Below are positions 30,268 to 39,291 of a stretch of DNA of 64,000 nucleotides, in pieces; the stretch's first letter is position 1; every line of letters begins with the position of its first letter. The translations under genes and the position numbers were made by a program. The notes under the pieces were generated by a model, which saw only the letters and a program-made list of their open reading frames with translations, was not told the DNA's origin and made no database searches. The DNA comes from an uncultured Alphaproteobacteria bacterium. GTDB lineage: Bacteria > Pseudomonadota > Alphaproteobacteria > Rs-D84. The stretch lies in contig CAMOTP010000001.1 of NCBI GenBank assembly GCA_946625925.1, positions 2,770-66,769 on the forward strand. Reading direction: 5' to 3'.

Positions 30268-31128
30268 GTGTATAATATGAACGAAGAAAAAATTGTTGAA
30301 AAAAAGGTAGAGTTGACTGCGGGTGATATGTTGCGTAATGCACGTACCCAGGGGCGCAGAAAACGTGAAATTAGCACAATCGCAAAACAGTTGTGTATAT
30401 CAGAAGAATTTTTAGAGGCTTTGGAAAATTGTGATTATAAAAAGATTCCTGAAATTGTTTATGTTTTGGGTTTTGCTAGAAATTATGCTATGGAATTAGG
30501 TTTGGATCCTGATGAAATTGTTAACAAGATAAAATCTGAATTGGGAATTGAACCAGAATGTGAAACGCCAATCACAAATGATGATTTAGAGGAACGTAAT
30601 AAGAATTCTGAATTCAAGGCAAAAATGCAAGAATGGATGCGTGTATCTATTGAATATGTGCGCAACCATTGGTTATGGTTTGCTATTGGTGGTGGTATTA
30701 TCGTTTTGGCAATGTTGGTGGTAATTATCTTTGGCGGTTCAGGAACAGATACAAATGTTGAAGATACGGCTAAAAAAACAGTGGTTGAACAAACTGCACC
30801 AGCGGTTCAGGAACCTGTGTACAATATTCCTGTGCGTGAACGTTTCGGCAAGGAAAATATGGCCAAAGCCAAGGTTGTTATCCAGGCTATTGAAGATTCT
30901 TATGTCGGTGTCGAAGATTCCAAAGGTCGTGCAGTATTTGGAAAAACTTTGGTTGCAGGTGATGTTTATTATGTGCCTGTGTCTGACAAGTACAAGGCAA
31001 AATTTGGTAATGCTGGTGGTGTCGATATTTGGGTTGATGGTGTTTTGGCTCCCAAGGTTGGCGCAAATAAAACATCTAAAAAAGATGTTTCGTTGAATCC
31101 AGAAAGTTTAATGAAAAAATCAAAATAA
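30268..31128 (+). CDS. helix-turn-helix (XRE-like) membrane protein, RodZ-like
   Basis: N-terminal HTH, central TM WLWFAIGGGIIVLAMLVVIIF, periplasmic C-terminal domain. Confidence 0.55.
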   Translation: MYNMNEEKIVEKKVELTAGDMLRNARTQGRRKREISTIAKQLCISEEFLEALENCDYKKIPEIVYVLGFARNYAMELGLDPDEIVNKIKSELGIEPECETPITNDDLEERNKNSEFKAKMQEWMRVSIEYVRNHWLWFAIGGGIIVLAMLVVIIFGGSGTDTNVEDTAKKTVVEQTAPAVQEPVYNIPVRERFGKENMAKAKVVIQAIEDSYVGVEDSKGRAVFGKTLVAGDVYYVPVSDKYKAKFGNAGGVDIWVDGVLAPKVGANKTSKKDVSLNPESLMKKSK

Positions 31129-31205
31129 AAAAGTAATTTAGGTGTAATGATTTTTTTCATTACACCTGTTGTTTTTTTTAATAATTTGTTTATATTTAGT
31201 TCGTC

Positions 31206-34043
31206 ATGACCGGAGTAATAAAAATTCGCGGAGCACGCGAAAATAATCTTAAAAATGTTGATTTAGACATACCAAAAAATAAATTGGTGGTGTTTACTGG
31301 TGTTTCTGGATCAGGAAAATCATCGTTGGCATTTAATACTATTTATGCCGAAGGTCAACGCCGTTATGTTGAATCTTTGTCTTCGTATGCGCGTCAATTT
31401 TTGGATATGCAGAAAAAACCGGATGTTGATTTTATTGAAGGATTGGCACCAGCTATTTCTATTGAACAGAAAACAACGTCCAAAAATCCACGTTCAACAG
31501 TTGGAACGGTTACGGAAATTTATGATTATTTAAGATTGTTATGGGCACGTATTGGGGTGCCTCATTCCCCGGTAACGGGTTTGCCGATTAAGTCGCAAAC
31601 TATTGCGGAAATGGTCGATTGGACAATGAAGATTCCTGATGGCGTGCGTTTTTATGTTATGGCACCGTTGGTACGTGAACGCAAAGGTGAATATCGTAAG
31701 GAATTGGCTTTTTTGGTAAAGCAGGGTTATACCCGGGCAATTATTGATAATGAATTGGTGGATTTGGCGTCTGCACCGGTATTAGATAAAAATAAAAAGC
31801 ATAATATATTTGTGATTGTTGATAGATTGCAAATGATTAAACCAGATGCAGAAAATATTGATGAATTTAAATCAAGATTATATTCTTCGTTCGAAGGTTC
31901 TTTGCGTTTGGTTCCGGGGGTTGTGTTGGTACGTCGTTTGGATACAAATGAAGATACTTTGTATTCTCAAAATTATGCATGTCCGGTTAGTGGGTTTACA
32001 GTACCAAAAATTGAACCCAGATTATTTTCTTTTAATGCACCAATTGGGGCTTGCCCAGAATGTGGTGGTTTGGGTGTTCAATTAAATATTTCACCGGATT
32101 TGGTTGTGCCGGATCCTTCGAAATCTATTTTGGCTGGGGCGATTGCACCTTGGTCGCGTGGCGGTATGTTGACCCAATATGACCATTTATTGGATGCTTT
32201 GCATAAAAAATATAAAATTCCTTTGTCGAAACCGTGGCATAATTTAACCCAAGAGCAAAAGGATATAATTTTATATGGTTCTGGGGACGAAGAAATACGC
32301 ATAAATTGGAATGGCTTTGTGTATTCTAAACCGTTTGAGGGTGTAATTCCAAATCTGGAACGCAGATTAAAGGAATCTGATTCTGAATCCATGCGTGCGG
32401 AATTGAGTAAATATCAATCGACCAAGCAATGCCCAATGTGCCATGGTAAACGTTTGAATATTCAGGCTTTGTGTATCAAGATAAATGGTTTTGATATTAT
32501 TGATGCATGTGATTTGTCGGTAAGTGATTCTTTGCGCTGGTTTAATGATTTGCCAAATCATTTGTCACAAAAAGAAAATGATATTGCGCGAATTGTTTTG
32601 CGTGAAATTACAGACAGATTACATTTTTTGGAAAATGTTGGATTGGGGTATTTGACTTTATCCAGAATGGCAGGAACATTATCTGGTGGCGAATCACAAC
32701 GTATTAGATTGGCATCGCAAATTGGTAGTGGTTTGTCGGGGGTTTTATACGTGTTGGATGAACCGTCGATTGGTTTACATCAAAGTGATAATGACAAGTT
32801 ATTAGATACACTGAAAATGTTGCGTGATAAAGATAATACTGTCATTGTTGTTGAACATGATGAAGACGCAATGCGGGCTGCGGATTATTTGGTTGATATT
32901 GGTCGTGGTGCGGGTATAAATGGCGGAAATATTATTGCCGCAGGAACACCACAGCAAGTAATTGATACACCAGATTCTATTACAGGACAATATTTGGCAG
33001 GCGTTAGAAAGATAGAGGTTCCACCAAAACGCAGGGCAGGAAACGGTCAATCTATCAAGGTAACTGGTGCGCGTGCAAATAATTTGAAAAATATAGATGT
33101 AGAAATTCCTTTGGGTAAATTTGTTGCGTTGACAGGTGTTTCTGGGTCTGGAAAATCGACATTGTTATTGGATACATTATATCCGGCTTTGATGCGTATA
33201 TTATATAATTCCAAGTTAGAGGTTGGGGCACACGATATAATTACAGGAATGGAAAATGTTGATAAAGTGGTTGATATAGACCAGTCGCCTATTGGACGTA
33301 GCCCGCGTAGTAATCCTGCAACGTATACAGGTGTTTTTACGGATATTCGTGATTTCTTTGCAGAATTGCCCGAAGCCAAGGCGCGTGGGTATTCTTCGGG
33401 GCGTTTTTCGTTTAATGTCAAAGGTGGGCGGTGTGAGGCATGCCAAGGTGATGGGCAAATTAAAATTGAAATGAATTTCTTGGCAGATGTTTATGTGGAA
33501 TGTGATAAGTGTCATGGAACGCGTTATAACGAAGAAACGTTGGCTGTAAAATATAAAGATAAATCTATTGCGGATGTGTTAAATATGACTGTCGAAGAGG
33601 CATATAGATTTTTTATCAATGTCCCCAAAATTGCTCGTAAATTAGAATTGTTGAAACGTGTGGGATTGGAATATATTAAATTAGGACAGAGTTCTTTGGA
33701 TTTATCTGGTGGCGAGGCACAACGTATTAAATTGTCCAAAGAATTAAGTACACGTAGTACAGGTCAAACAATTTACATTCTGGATGAACCAACAACGGGT
33801 TTGCATTTTGAAGATATTAAAATGTTGCTGAATGTGTTGCAGGAATTGGTTGATCAGGGAAATACGGTTGTGGTAATTGAACATAATTTGGATGTCATAA
33901 AGTCTGTGGATTGGATTATTGATTTAGGCCCATCTGGGGGTGATGGCGGTGGTCGTGTTGTTGCCACAGGAACCCCAGAACAGGTTGCAACTGTGCCTGA
34001 ATCATTGACGGGGCGGTATTTGAAAAAGTATCTGGACAAGTAA
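31206..34043 (+). CDS. uvrA: excinuclease ABC subunit A
   Basis: 945 aa; two ABC modules ([20 protein letters not shown]), zinc fingers CPECGG and CEACQGDG. Confidence 0.95.
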   Translation: MTGVIKIRGARENNLKNVDLDIPKNKLVVFTGVSGSGKSSLAFNTIYAEGQRRYVESLSSYARQFLDMQKKPDVDFIEGLAPAISIEQKTTSKNPRSTVGTVTEIYDYLRLLWARIGVPHSPVTGLPIKSQTIAEMVDWTMKIPDGVRFYVMAPLVRERKGEYRKELAFLVKQGYTRAIIDNELVDLASAPVLDKNKKHNIFVIVDRLQMIKPDAENIDEFKSRLYSSFEGSLRLVPGVVLVRRLDTNEDTLYSQNYACPVSGFTVPKIEPRLFSFNAPIGACPECGGLGVQLNISPDLVVPDPSKSILAGAIAPWSRGGMLTQYDHLLDALHKKYKIPLSKPWHNLTQEQKDIILYGSGDEEIRINWNGFVYSKPFEGVIPNLERRLKESDSESMRAELSKYQSTKQCPMCHGKRLNIQALCIKINGFDIIDACDLSVSDSLRWFNDLPNHLSQKENDIARIVLREITDRLHFLENVGLGYLTLSRMAGTLSGGESQRIRLASQIGSGLSGVLYVLDEPSIGLHQSDNDKLLDTLKMLRDKDNTVIVVEHDEDAMRAADYLVDIGRGAGINGGNIIAAGTPQQVIDTPDSITGQYLAGVRKIEVPPKRRAGNGQSIKVTGARANNLKNIDVEIPLGKFVALTGVSGSGKSTLLLDTLYPALMRILYNSKLEVGAHDIITGMENVDKVVDIDQSPIGRSPRSNPATYTGVFTDIRDFFAELPEAKARGYSSGRFSFNVKGGRCEACQGDGQIKIEMNFLADVYVECDKCHGTRYNEETLAVKYKDKSIADVLNMTVEEAYRFFINVPKIARKLELLKRVGLEYIKLGQSSLDLSGGEAQRIKLSKELSTRSTGQTIYILDEPTTGLHFEDIKMLLNVLQELVDQGNTVVVIEHNLDVIKSVDWIIDLGPSGGDGGGRVVATGTPEQVATVPESLTGRYLKKYLDK

Positions 34044-34084
34044 TAAAGTTTTGGTAAAATTTTAAGCAACAAAAGGAGTGAACG

Positions 34085-34597
34085 ATGTTCGGTTTTGGTA
34101 AAAAGAAAACAGAAACCAAAAAAATTGAAAACGCATCAGAATCAATGGATGATGTAAAAATGCCTTCGGGTATGAAAGAAACCGCTGAACGTATGATGTC
34201 CGGGCAATTTGATATGAATGATATGTTGGCACAATTAAAACAAATTAAAAAAATGAGTAATTTTAGTGGGTTGTTAAAAATGGTGCCAGGAATGAGTGGT
34301 GCTGTTAATGCCATGAAAGAAAAAATCAAAGACGGCAGTGTTGATGCCCAAATTAAAATATTGGAAGCAATGACTGCCGAAGAACGTGCTGATCCAGAAA
34401 AGATTTTCGCAAATGCAAAAACACGTATTTCTGAAAAGGCAGGTTGTACTGTTCGTGATGTTGAACATATTATAAAACAGTACTTAAATATGAAACGACA
34501 AATGGCAATGATTCAACGCATGGGGGGAATGGAGGCGGTGATGCAACGTATGCAACAAGGCGGCGGTGTGCCAGGAACCCCCGGAGGAATCAAATAA
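34085..34597 (+). CDS. stand-alone SRP54/Ffh M-domain protein (no NG GTPase domain)
   Basis: FDMNDMLAQLKQIKKM..., ILEAMTAEERADPEKIF, TRISEKAGCTVRDVEHIIKQY align to the E. coli Ffh M domain; own AAGGAG RBS; upstream gene is uvrA. Confidence 0.7.
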   Translation: MFGFGKKKTETKKIENASESMDDVKMPSGMKETAERMMSGQFDMNDMLAQLKQIKKMSNFSGLLKMVPGMSGAVNAMKEKIKDGSVDAQIKILEAMTAEERADPEKIFANAKTRISEKAGCTVRDVEHIIKQYLNMKRQMAMIQRMGGMEAVMQRMQQGGGVPGTPGGIK

Positions 34598-35229
34598 TGA
34601 AAAAAACACAAATGTTAAGACCTATTGCGGTTGGTGACATTTATCCTGTGAAATCACAATCTAGAATGGGTGGTGATTGTTTAAAAGGGTGTCGTGTTGA
34701 AGTTACATATGAAGGTGTGGCACCAATTTGCAAACGAACATTGGGACAAATGGGATTGTTTAATCCTGGGTATGGTGTTTCGTGTTCAAAGGTGGTTGTG
34801 GATAGTAATCGTAGTAACACAGTTGTTGAATACCTTTTTCCTGAAGGTGTGTTGTTTCCGGAACCTTTTGCACGTGCAAAAAAATTTTGTGATGTGGTGA
34901 AAGGGGCAATTGAAAATTTTCATCCTGTGCGTGTTTCGAATCTTAGAGAAGAAATGGCATTGAATTTTTTTGATGAATTATATGTCTCGGGTTGTTCTGT
35001 GACGGTCAATTATCCAATTGCCGCGTATGACAACCCATTTTTTAAGAAATTTATAGAACGTGGTCAACCCAGGGTTGTAAAAGTGTATCTGAATAAAGAT
35101 ACTGGGGTGGCTGGTGTTGAATATTTTATTAAAAAAGGAAAAGAAGAAACTGTCGGCAGCATTTATAATCGTATGAATGATTTTCGTGACGATATGTTGA
35201 AACGTATACCTCGTGAAAATATTAAATAA
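34597..35229 (+). CDS. hypothetical protein
   Basis: 210-aa ORF coupled (TAATG) to the Ffh M-domain gene; no recognised domain. Confidence 0.4.
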   Translation: MKKTQMLRPIAVGDIYPVKSQSRMGGDCLKGCRVEVTYEGVAPICKRTLGQMGLFNPGYGVSCSKVVVDSNRSNTVVEYLFPEGVLFPEPFARAKKFCDVVKGAIENFHPVRVSNLREEMALNFFDELYVSGCSVTVNYPIAAYDNPFFKKFIERGQPRVVKVYLNKDTGVAGVEYFIKKGKEETVGSIYNRMNDFRDDMLKRIPRENIK

Positions 35230-35231
35230 AA

Positions 35232-35294
35232 ATAAATCTTCGGTTGTGTGGATTTAACGCCAGGTGGCTGACCCGTATGTGGAACGCGCACATT
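35232..35294 (+). pseudogene. degenerate duplicate of the rlmE 5' end
   Basis: ~63 nt aligns at ~80% identity to rlmE codons 10-30 at 36343..36406; the translated copy carries stops. Confidence 0.6.
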
Positions 35295-35351
35295 ATGTTC
35301 CAGAGTATTTTGGTGGCACGCGTTGAAGAAACAAAATAAAAGGAGTGAAAA

Positions 35352-35702
35352 ATGTCTAAATTTTTGAAAGAAAAATGGAATAATGTTCGTGCCACAAAAC
35401 AAGCAAAAAAAGATGCGATATCGGAAATAAGCGTATTGTCGAGTACAGAATACGATGATGTCTGTATCCAAGATGTTATACAAACTGAACTGATGCAGCG
35501 GAACCCTGGTAATACAGAAATACCATTAGCATTGAGAAAATATTGCAAACATTTTGATGAAAAGCGCGTATGTGATAATGTGGATTGCCCTATGCATGAT
35601 AAAAATGAGCAATATATTGCAACACGTTTAGAATATAAACGGGCGCGAGGTGAATTTTTCAATATTCTATTTCATGGTCGTAAAAATTACTTTGATAAAT
35701 GA
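35352..35702 (+). CDS. hypothetical small protein (Cys/His-containing)
   Basis: 116-aa ORF between the rlmE-fragment duplicate and rlmE; CDNVDCPMHD segment. Confidence 0.4.
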   Translation: MSKFLKEKWNNVRATKQAKKDAISEISVLSSTEYDDVCIQDVIQTELMQRNPGNTEIPLALRKYCKHFDEKRVCDNVDCPMHDKNEQYIATRLEYKRARGEFFNILFHGRKNYFDK

Positions 35703-35740
35703 TAAAAAGCGGGTATATTAGGGGTGTAGAGGAATAAAAT

Positions 35741-35980
35741 ATGGCCGAAAAGTTGGTTGATATATCATCGGTTGATCCTGTGTATAATAAAAAGGGCACC
35801 AAAATTATTGGTTGGAAGTTCAGTGCAACATACATAATTATGATACCTATGACGCGGCCTAGTAAGTTATGTTTTTATTCAACCAGGGTTCAAGAATATA
35901 GTTTTTGTAATCTTTTTGGTTTGGGATACACATTGGCGCAAAAGGTACGAGATAGAAAATTGGCAGAAGTGCAGAGGTAA
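35741..35980 (+). CDS. hypothetical small protein
   Basis: 79-aa ORF; no features. Confidence 0.25.
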   Translation: MAEKLVDISSVDPVYNKKGTKIIGWKFSATYIIMIPMTRPSKLCFYSTRVQEYSFCNLFGLGYTLAQKVRDRKLAEVQR

Positions 35981-35981
35981 T

Positions 35982-36326
35982 ATGATGAAAAGACGAAAAG
36001 CTCAACCCGTTCAAGTATCACAATGTAATCCTGTTTATATTAACGGAAAGTTGAAATATTGGAATTTGTCTGTGGAATATTTAGGTGATTTGCGTTTGCC
36101 AAATCAACAGTTTTTACCGCGTGATTTTGGTGAATATGGTGTCGTTTTAAATCCTGTTATTTCTGTGCGTAAATTGCGTTATGTTAATACTGTAAAATAT
36201 GATAATAATACTGGAAATACAAAATTGACTTACGTTTTTCGTGACGGTCTTTTTGGGCGTGGTGCGGAAAAAGCATGGCAATTAAGAATATGGATGTTGG
36301 CGAGAATCAATGAAAATATTAAATAA
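35982..36326 (+). CDS. hypothetical small protein
   Basis: Start MMKRRKAQPV; overlaps rlmE start by 17 nt. Confidence 0.4.
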   Translation: MMKRRKAQPVQVSQCNPVYINGKLKYWNLSVEYLGDLRLPNQQFLPRDFGEYGVVLNPVISVRKLRYVNTVKYDNNTGNTKLTYVFRDGLFGRGAEKAWQLRIWMLARINENIK

Positions 36327-36969
36327 AAAAATTGCTGCACATAAATCTTCGGCTGATTGGATTCGTCGTCAGGCGGCTGATCCTTATGTTGAACGTGCAC
36401 ATCGTGATGGATATCGTGCACGTGCTGCATATAAACTGATTGAAATGAACGACAGATTCCATTTTTTGAAAAATGGTCAAGTTGTTGTTGATTTGGGGGC
36501 GGCACCGGGGTCTTGGTCACAATATATTGCACGTGATTTTCCAAAATCTAGGATATTTGCTATGGATTTGTTGGAAATTACCCCAATTAATAATGTGGAA
36601 TTTTATCAGGGTGATTTTACGACTGATGCCGCTTTGCAGTGGTTGGAATCTAAATTAAATTTGCCACATGATGTTGAAGGTTGCGGCACCGCGGATGTCG
36701 TTGTTTCTGATATGGCGCCAAATACTGTTGGACATAAAAAGACAGATCATTTGCGTCAAATGGTGTTGTTGGAATATGCATTTGATTTTGCGGTACGCGC
36801 ATTAAAGGTCGGTGGGACATTTGTCGCAAAATCTTTTACAGGTGGCACAACAAATGATTTGTTAAAGCAAATAAAAGAAAGATTTGAAAATGTACATCAT
36901 ATAAAACCACCTGCGTCTCGCAAAGATTCTGTTGAAATGTTTATTGTTGCCACCGGATTCAAAGGGTAG
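36310..36969 (+). CDS. rlmE: 23S rRNA (uridine2552-2'-O)-methyltransferase RlmE/FtsJ
   Basis: RSRAAYKL, VVDLGAAPGSWSQ, catalytic K-D-K-E arrangement; 219 aa. Confidence 0.85.
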   Translation: MKILNKKIAAHKSSADWIRRQAADPYVERAHRDGYRARAAYKLIEMNDRFHFLKNGQVVVDLGAAPGSWSQYIARDFPKSRIFAMDLLEITPINNVEFYQGDFTTDAALQWLESKLNLPHDVEGCGTADVVVSDMAPNTVGHKKTDHLRQMVLLEYAFDFAVRALKVGGTFVAKSFTGGTTNDLLKQIKERFENVHHIKPPASRKDSVEMFIVATGFKG

Positions 36970-36975
36970 TTTGTT

Positions 36976-37725
36976 ATGGAATATAAAAATGTTGTTTTGA
37001 AATTTGGTGGGTCGGTTATACCTGATGAAAATGGAATATATCAAGTTGCCAATATTATACAGAATTTGTCGTTAAAGTATAATGTAATGGCTGTGGTTGT
37101 GTCTGCTATGGGTAAGACGACAAATAATTTAGATGCATTGGCTCATCGGGTTGAAAAAAATCCAAATGTTCGTGAATTAGATGCTTTGTTGGCAACTGGT
37201 GAAATGCAGTCTGTGGCTTTGTTATCGATGCGATTAAATGGTATAGGGGTTCCTGCGGTAGGATACAATGCATATCAATGTAAAATTGAAACAGATGATA
37301 ATTTTGGAAATGCTAAAATTCGGCATATGGGTATGGAACACATAAATCATTTGTATGGGATGCCAATTATTGCAGGTTTTCAGGGTATAACAGAACGTGG
37401 TGAAATCACAACATTGGGGCGTGAGGGTTCGGATATTTCAGCGGTTATGATTGCAGTGGCATGTGGTGCAGATTTTTGTTGGTTTTTCAAGGACGGTGGT
37501 GGAATTTATGATAAAAACCCAAATAAAGAACCAGATGCTCGTTTGTTTAGGAAAATATCATATACAAAAATGTTAGATTTATTGAATCAGGGGCGCGGTC
37601 AAGTTTTACATAAAAGTAGTGTCAGTTTGGCACAAGAATACAAAATGCCTTTGTTTGTATCAGGTATGAAAAATCCAGATGTTGGGACAATGATTGTTCC
37701 ACGTGTTCACAGTAAAACATATTAA
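36976..37725 (+). CDS. aspartokinase-like amino-acid kinase, catalytic domain only (no ACT domains)
   Basis: VLKFGGS, VVVSAMGKTTNNL, ITTLGREGSDISA motifs; only 249 aa. Confidence 0.6.
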   Translation: MEYKNVVLKFGGSVIPDENGIYQVANIIQNLSLKYNVMAVVVSAMGKTTNNLDALAHRVEKNPNVRELDALLATGEMQSVALLSMRLNGIGVPAVGYNAYQCKIETDDNFGNAKIRHMGMEHINHLYGMPIIAGFQGITERGEITTLGREGSDISAVMIAVACGADFCWFFKDGGGIYDKNPNKEPDARLFRKISYTKMLDLLNQGRGQVLHKSSVSLAQEYKMPLFVSGMKNPDVGTMIVPRVHSKTY

Positions 37726-37752
37726 ATTTTTATCATATTTTGTGCTTTTTTG

Positions 37753-37761
37753 TGGTATAAT
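37753..37761 (+). promoter_or_regulatory. extended -10 element (TGgTATAAT) upstream of LRR paralog 1
   Basis: TGTGGTATAAT ~25 nt upstream of ATG 37787. Confidence 0.4.
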
Positions 37762-37786
37762 CCCTGTGATAAGAAATGGAATTTTT

Positions 37787-39277
37787 ATGGCAGAAGTAAA
37801 TACAGATGCAGTTTATAAAAAAATAAAAAAACAAAATGGCGAGGGTGTTGCCAAAGTAATCCGCGAAGCGGTGTTGTTGGACGTGCCAAATATTGTGCAT
37901 ATTTTGGAATTTGCTGGAAATAACCCAAATGAAGTGCAAGAACTGGTTCCGATTATTCGTGAAATTTATAAAACGCAGAAAAAATCAGAGTACAAAACAG
38001 ATAAAAATCCATTGGAATTATTATCAGATGCGGGATATGATGCTTTTGTCGTAGAAAATGCAGAACAAAAAAATTCAATTAAGAAATATTTTCGGTCGGG
38101 TGAAGAATTATGCACATTTGGTGACCCACATCGTCATGAAAATTATTATATAATTCATGCAGTTAAACGTGGTGCTGATAAAATAAAACCATCAGATAAT
38201 CCAGAACGTCAGGATGAATATGGAACGTCCGTTATATCAATCCAAATTGCAAAAGATGGTGGTTTTATATCAATAAAAAATCGGTATAACCATACAGTAA
38301 ATAATCCTGACAATACGTTTGATAGTAATCCAGATAAAATTATTCCTGGACTAACGAATTCTTTGAAAAGATATTTTCATGTGTTCTTTAATACCGCAGA
38401 AAGTGAAATGCCAGACAATTTTCGTATGGTGAATGATCGGTTGGTACGATATAATTATGAAATACATAATATTTATTTTGGACCTGATTATTATTTTTCA
38501 GGCAGTGAAATTACCAGATTAAACAATGATTATGAATTGATGTTGGATTGTTTTATTTTGGATACGCGAAATGGGAAAATACAAAATCCAGCAGAATTAA
38601 ATTCTTGGAATTATCCAGTGGATACGACATATAGATTACTTGTTGATTTGTTACAAGAAAAGAAATTAAAGGTTAAGTTAAATCCGGATAATAAAAAAGA
38701 AAAAATTGTGTTGGTTGATGGAATTGATTTGATGCATGTGATGAATGGACAAATGACAGAATTGTTTTTGCCAGGAATTAAAAAAACAGATCATGATTTG
38801 TTCGGTTTTGCATATGGATTAAAAAAACTGAGTATGCCTGATGTTCGTGCAATTGGTGATAATTTTTTACTGGGAAATACTGTGTTGGATTCGTTATATA
38901 TGCCAAAATTACAACGAACCGGTAAAGATTTTTTAACTGGTAATCAAAATTTGTCCGAATTAAATTTGCCTGAATTGGTTGATATGGGTCAGTATTCTTT
39001 GCAAAACAATCATAATTTGGTTTCTATAAATTGTCCAAAGGTTGAATGGTTGGGACATTTGAGTTCTGACCAACCAAGATTAAAGTATTTTTATGCGCCA
39101 TATTTAGATCATAATCAATTGGAATGGTTTGTGCGAAGTGCAGTTCAAAATGAAAATTATGAAATTGCTTTCGCTATAGCAAAAGAGAAAGTTCATCAAA
39201 AAATAGATGCGATGACTGACGATGCAAAATTTCATATCGCCTTTTTGCACAAGAAATATCAGGCAAACAACGAATAA
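37787..39277 (+). CDS. leucine-rich-repeat (BspA-type) protein, paralog 1
   Basis: N-terminal ~200 aa nearly identical to paralog 2 (VYKKIKKQNGEGVAKVIREAVLLDVPNIVHILEFAGNNP...); C-terminal LRR-like repeats L..L.MP.L...G..FL..N. Confidence 0.7.
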   Translation: MAEVNTDAVYKKIKKQNGEGVAKVIREAVLLDVPNIVHILEFAGNNPNEVQELVPIIREIYKTQKKSEYKTDKNPLELLSDAGYDAFVVENAEQKNSIKKYFRSGEELCTFGDPHRHENYYIIHAVKRGADKIKPSDNPERQDEYGTSVISIQIAKDGGFISIKNRYNHTVNNPDNTFDSNPDKIIPGLTNSLKRYFHVFFNTAESEMPDNFRMVNDRLVRYNYEIHNIYFGPDYYFSGSEITRLNNDYELMLDCFILDTRNGKIQNPAELNSWNYPVDTTYRLLVDLLQEKKLKVKLNPDNKKEKIVLVDGIDLMHVMNGQMTELFLPGIKKTDHDLFGFAYGLKKLSMPDVRAIGDNFLLGNTVLDSLYMPKLQRTGKDFLTGNQNLSELNLPELVDMGQYSLQNNHNLVSINCPKVEWLGHLSSDQPRLKYFYAPYLDHNQLEWFVRSAVQNENYEIAFAIAKEKVHQKIDAMTDDAKFHIAFLHKKYQANNE

Positions 39278-39291
39278 GAAAGGGAATTTTT

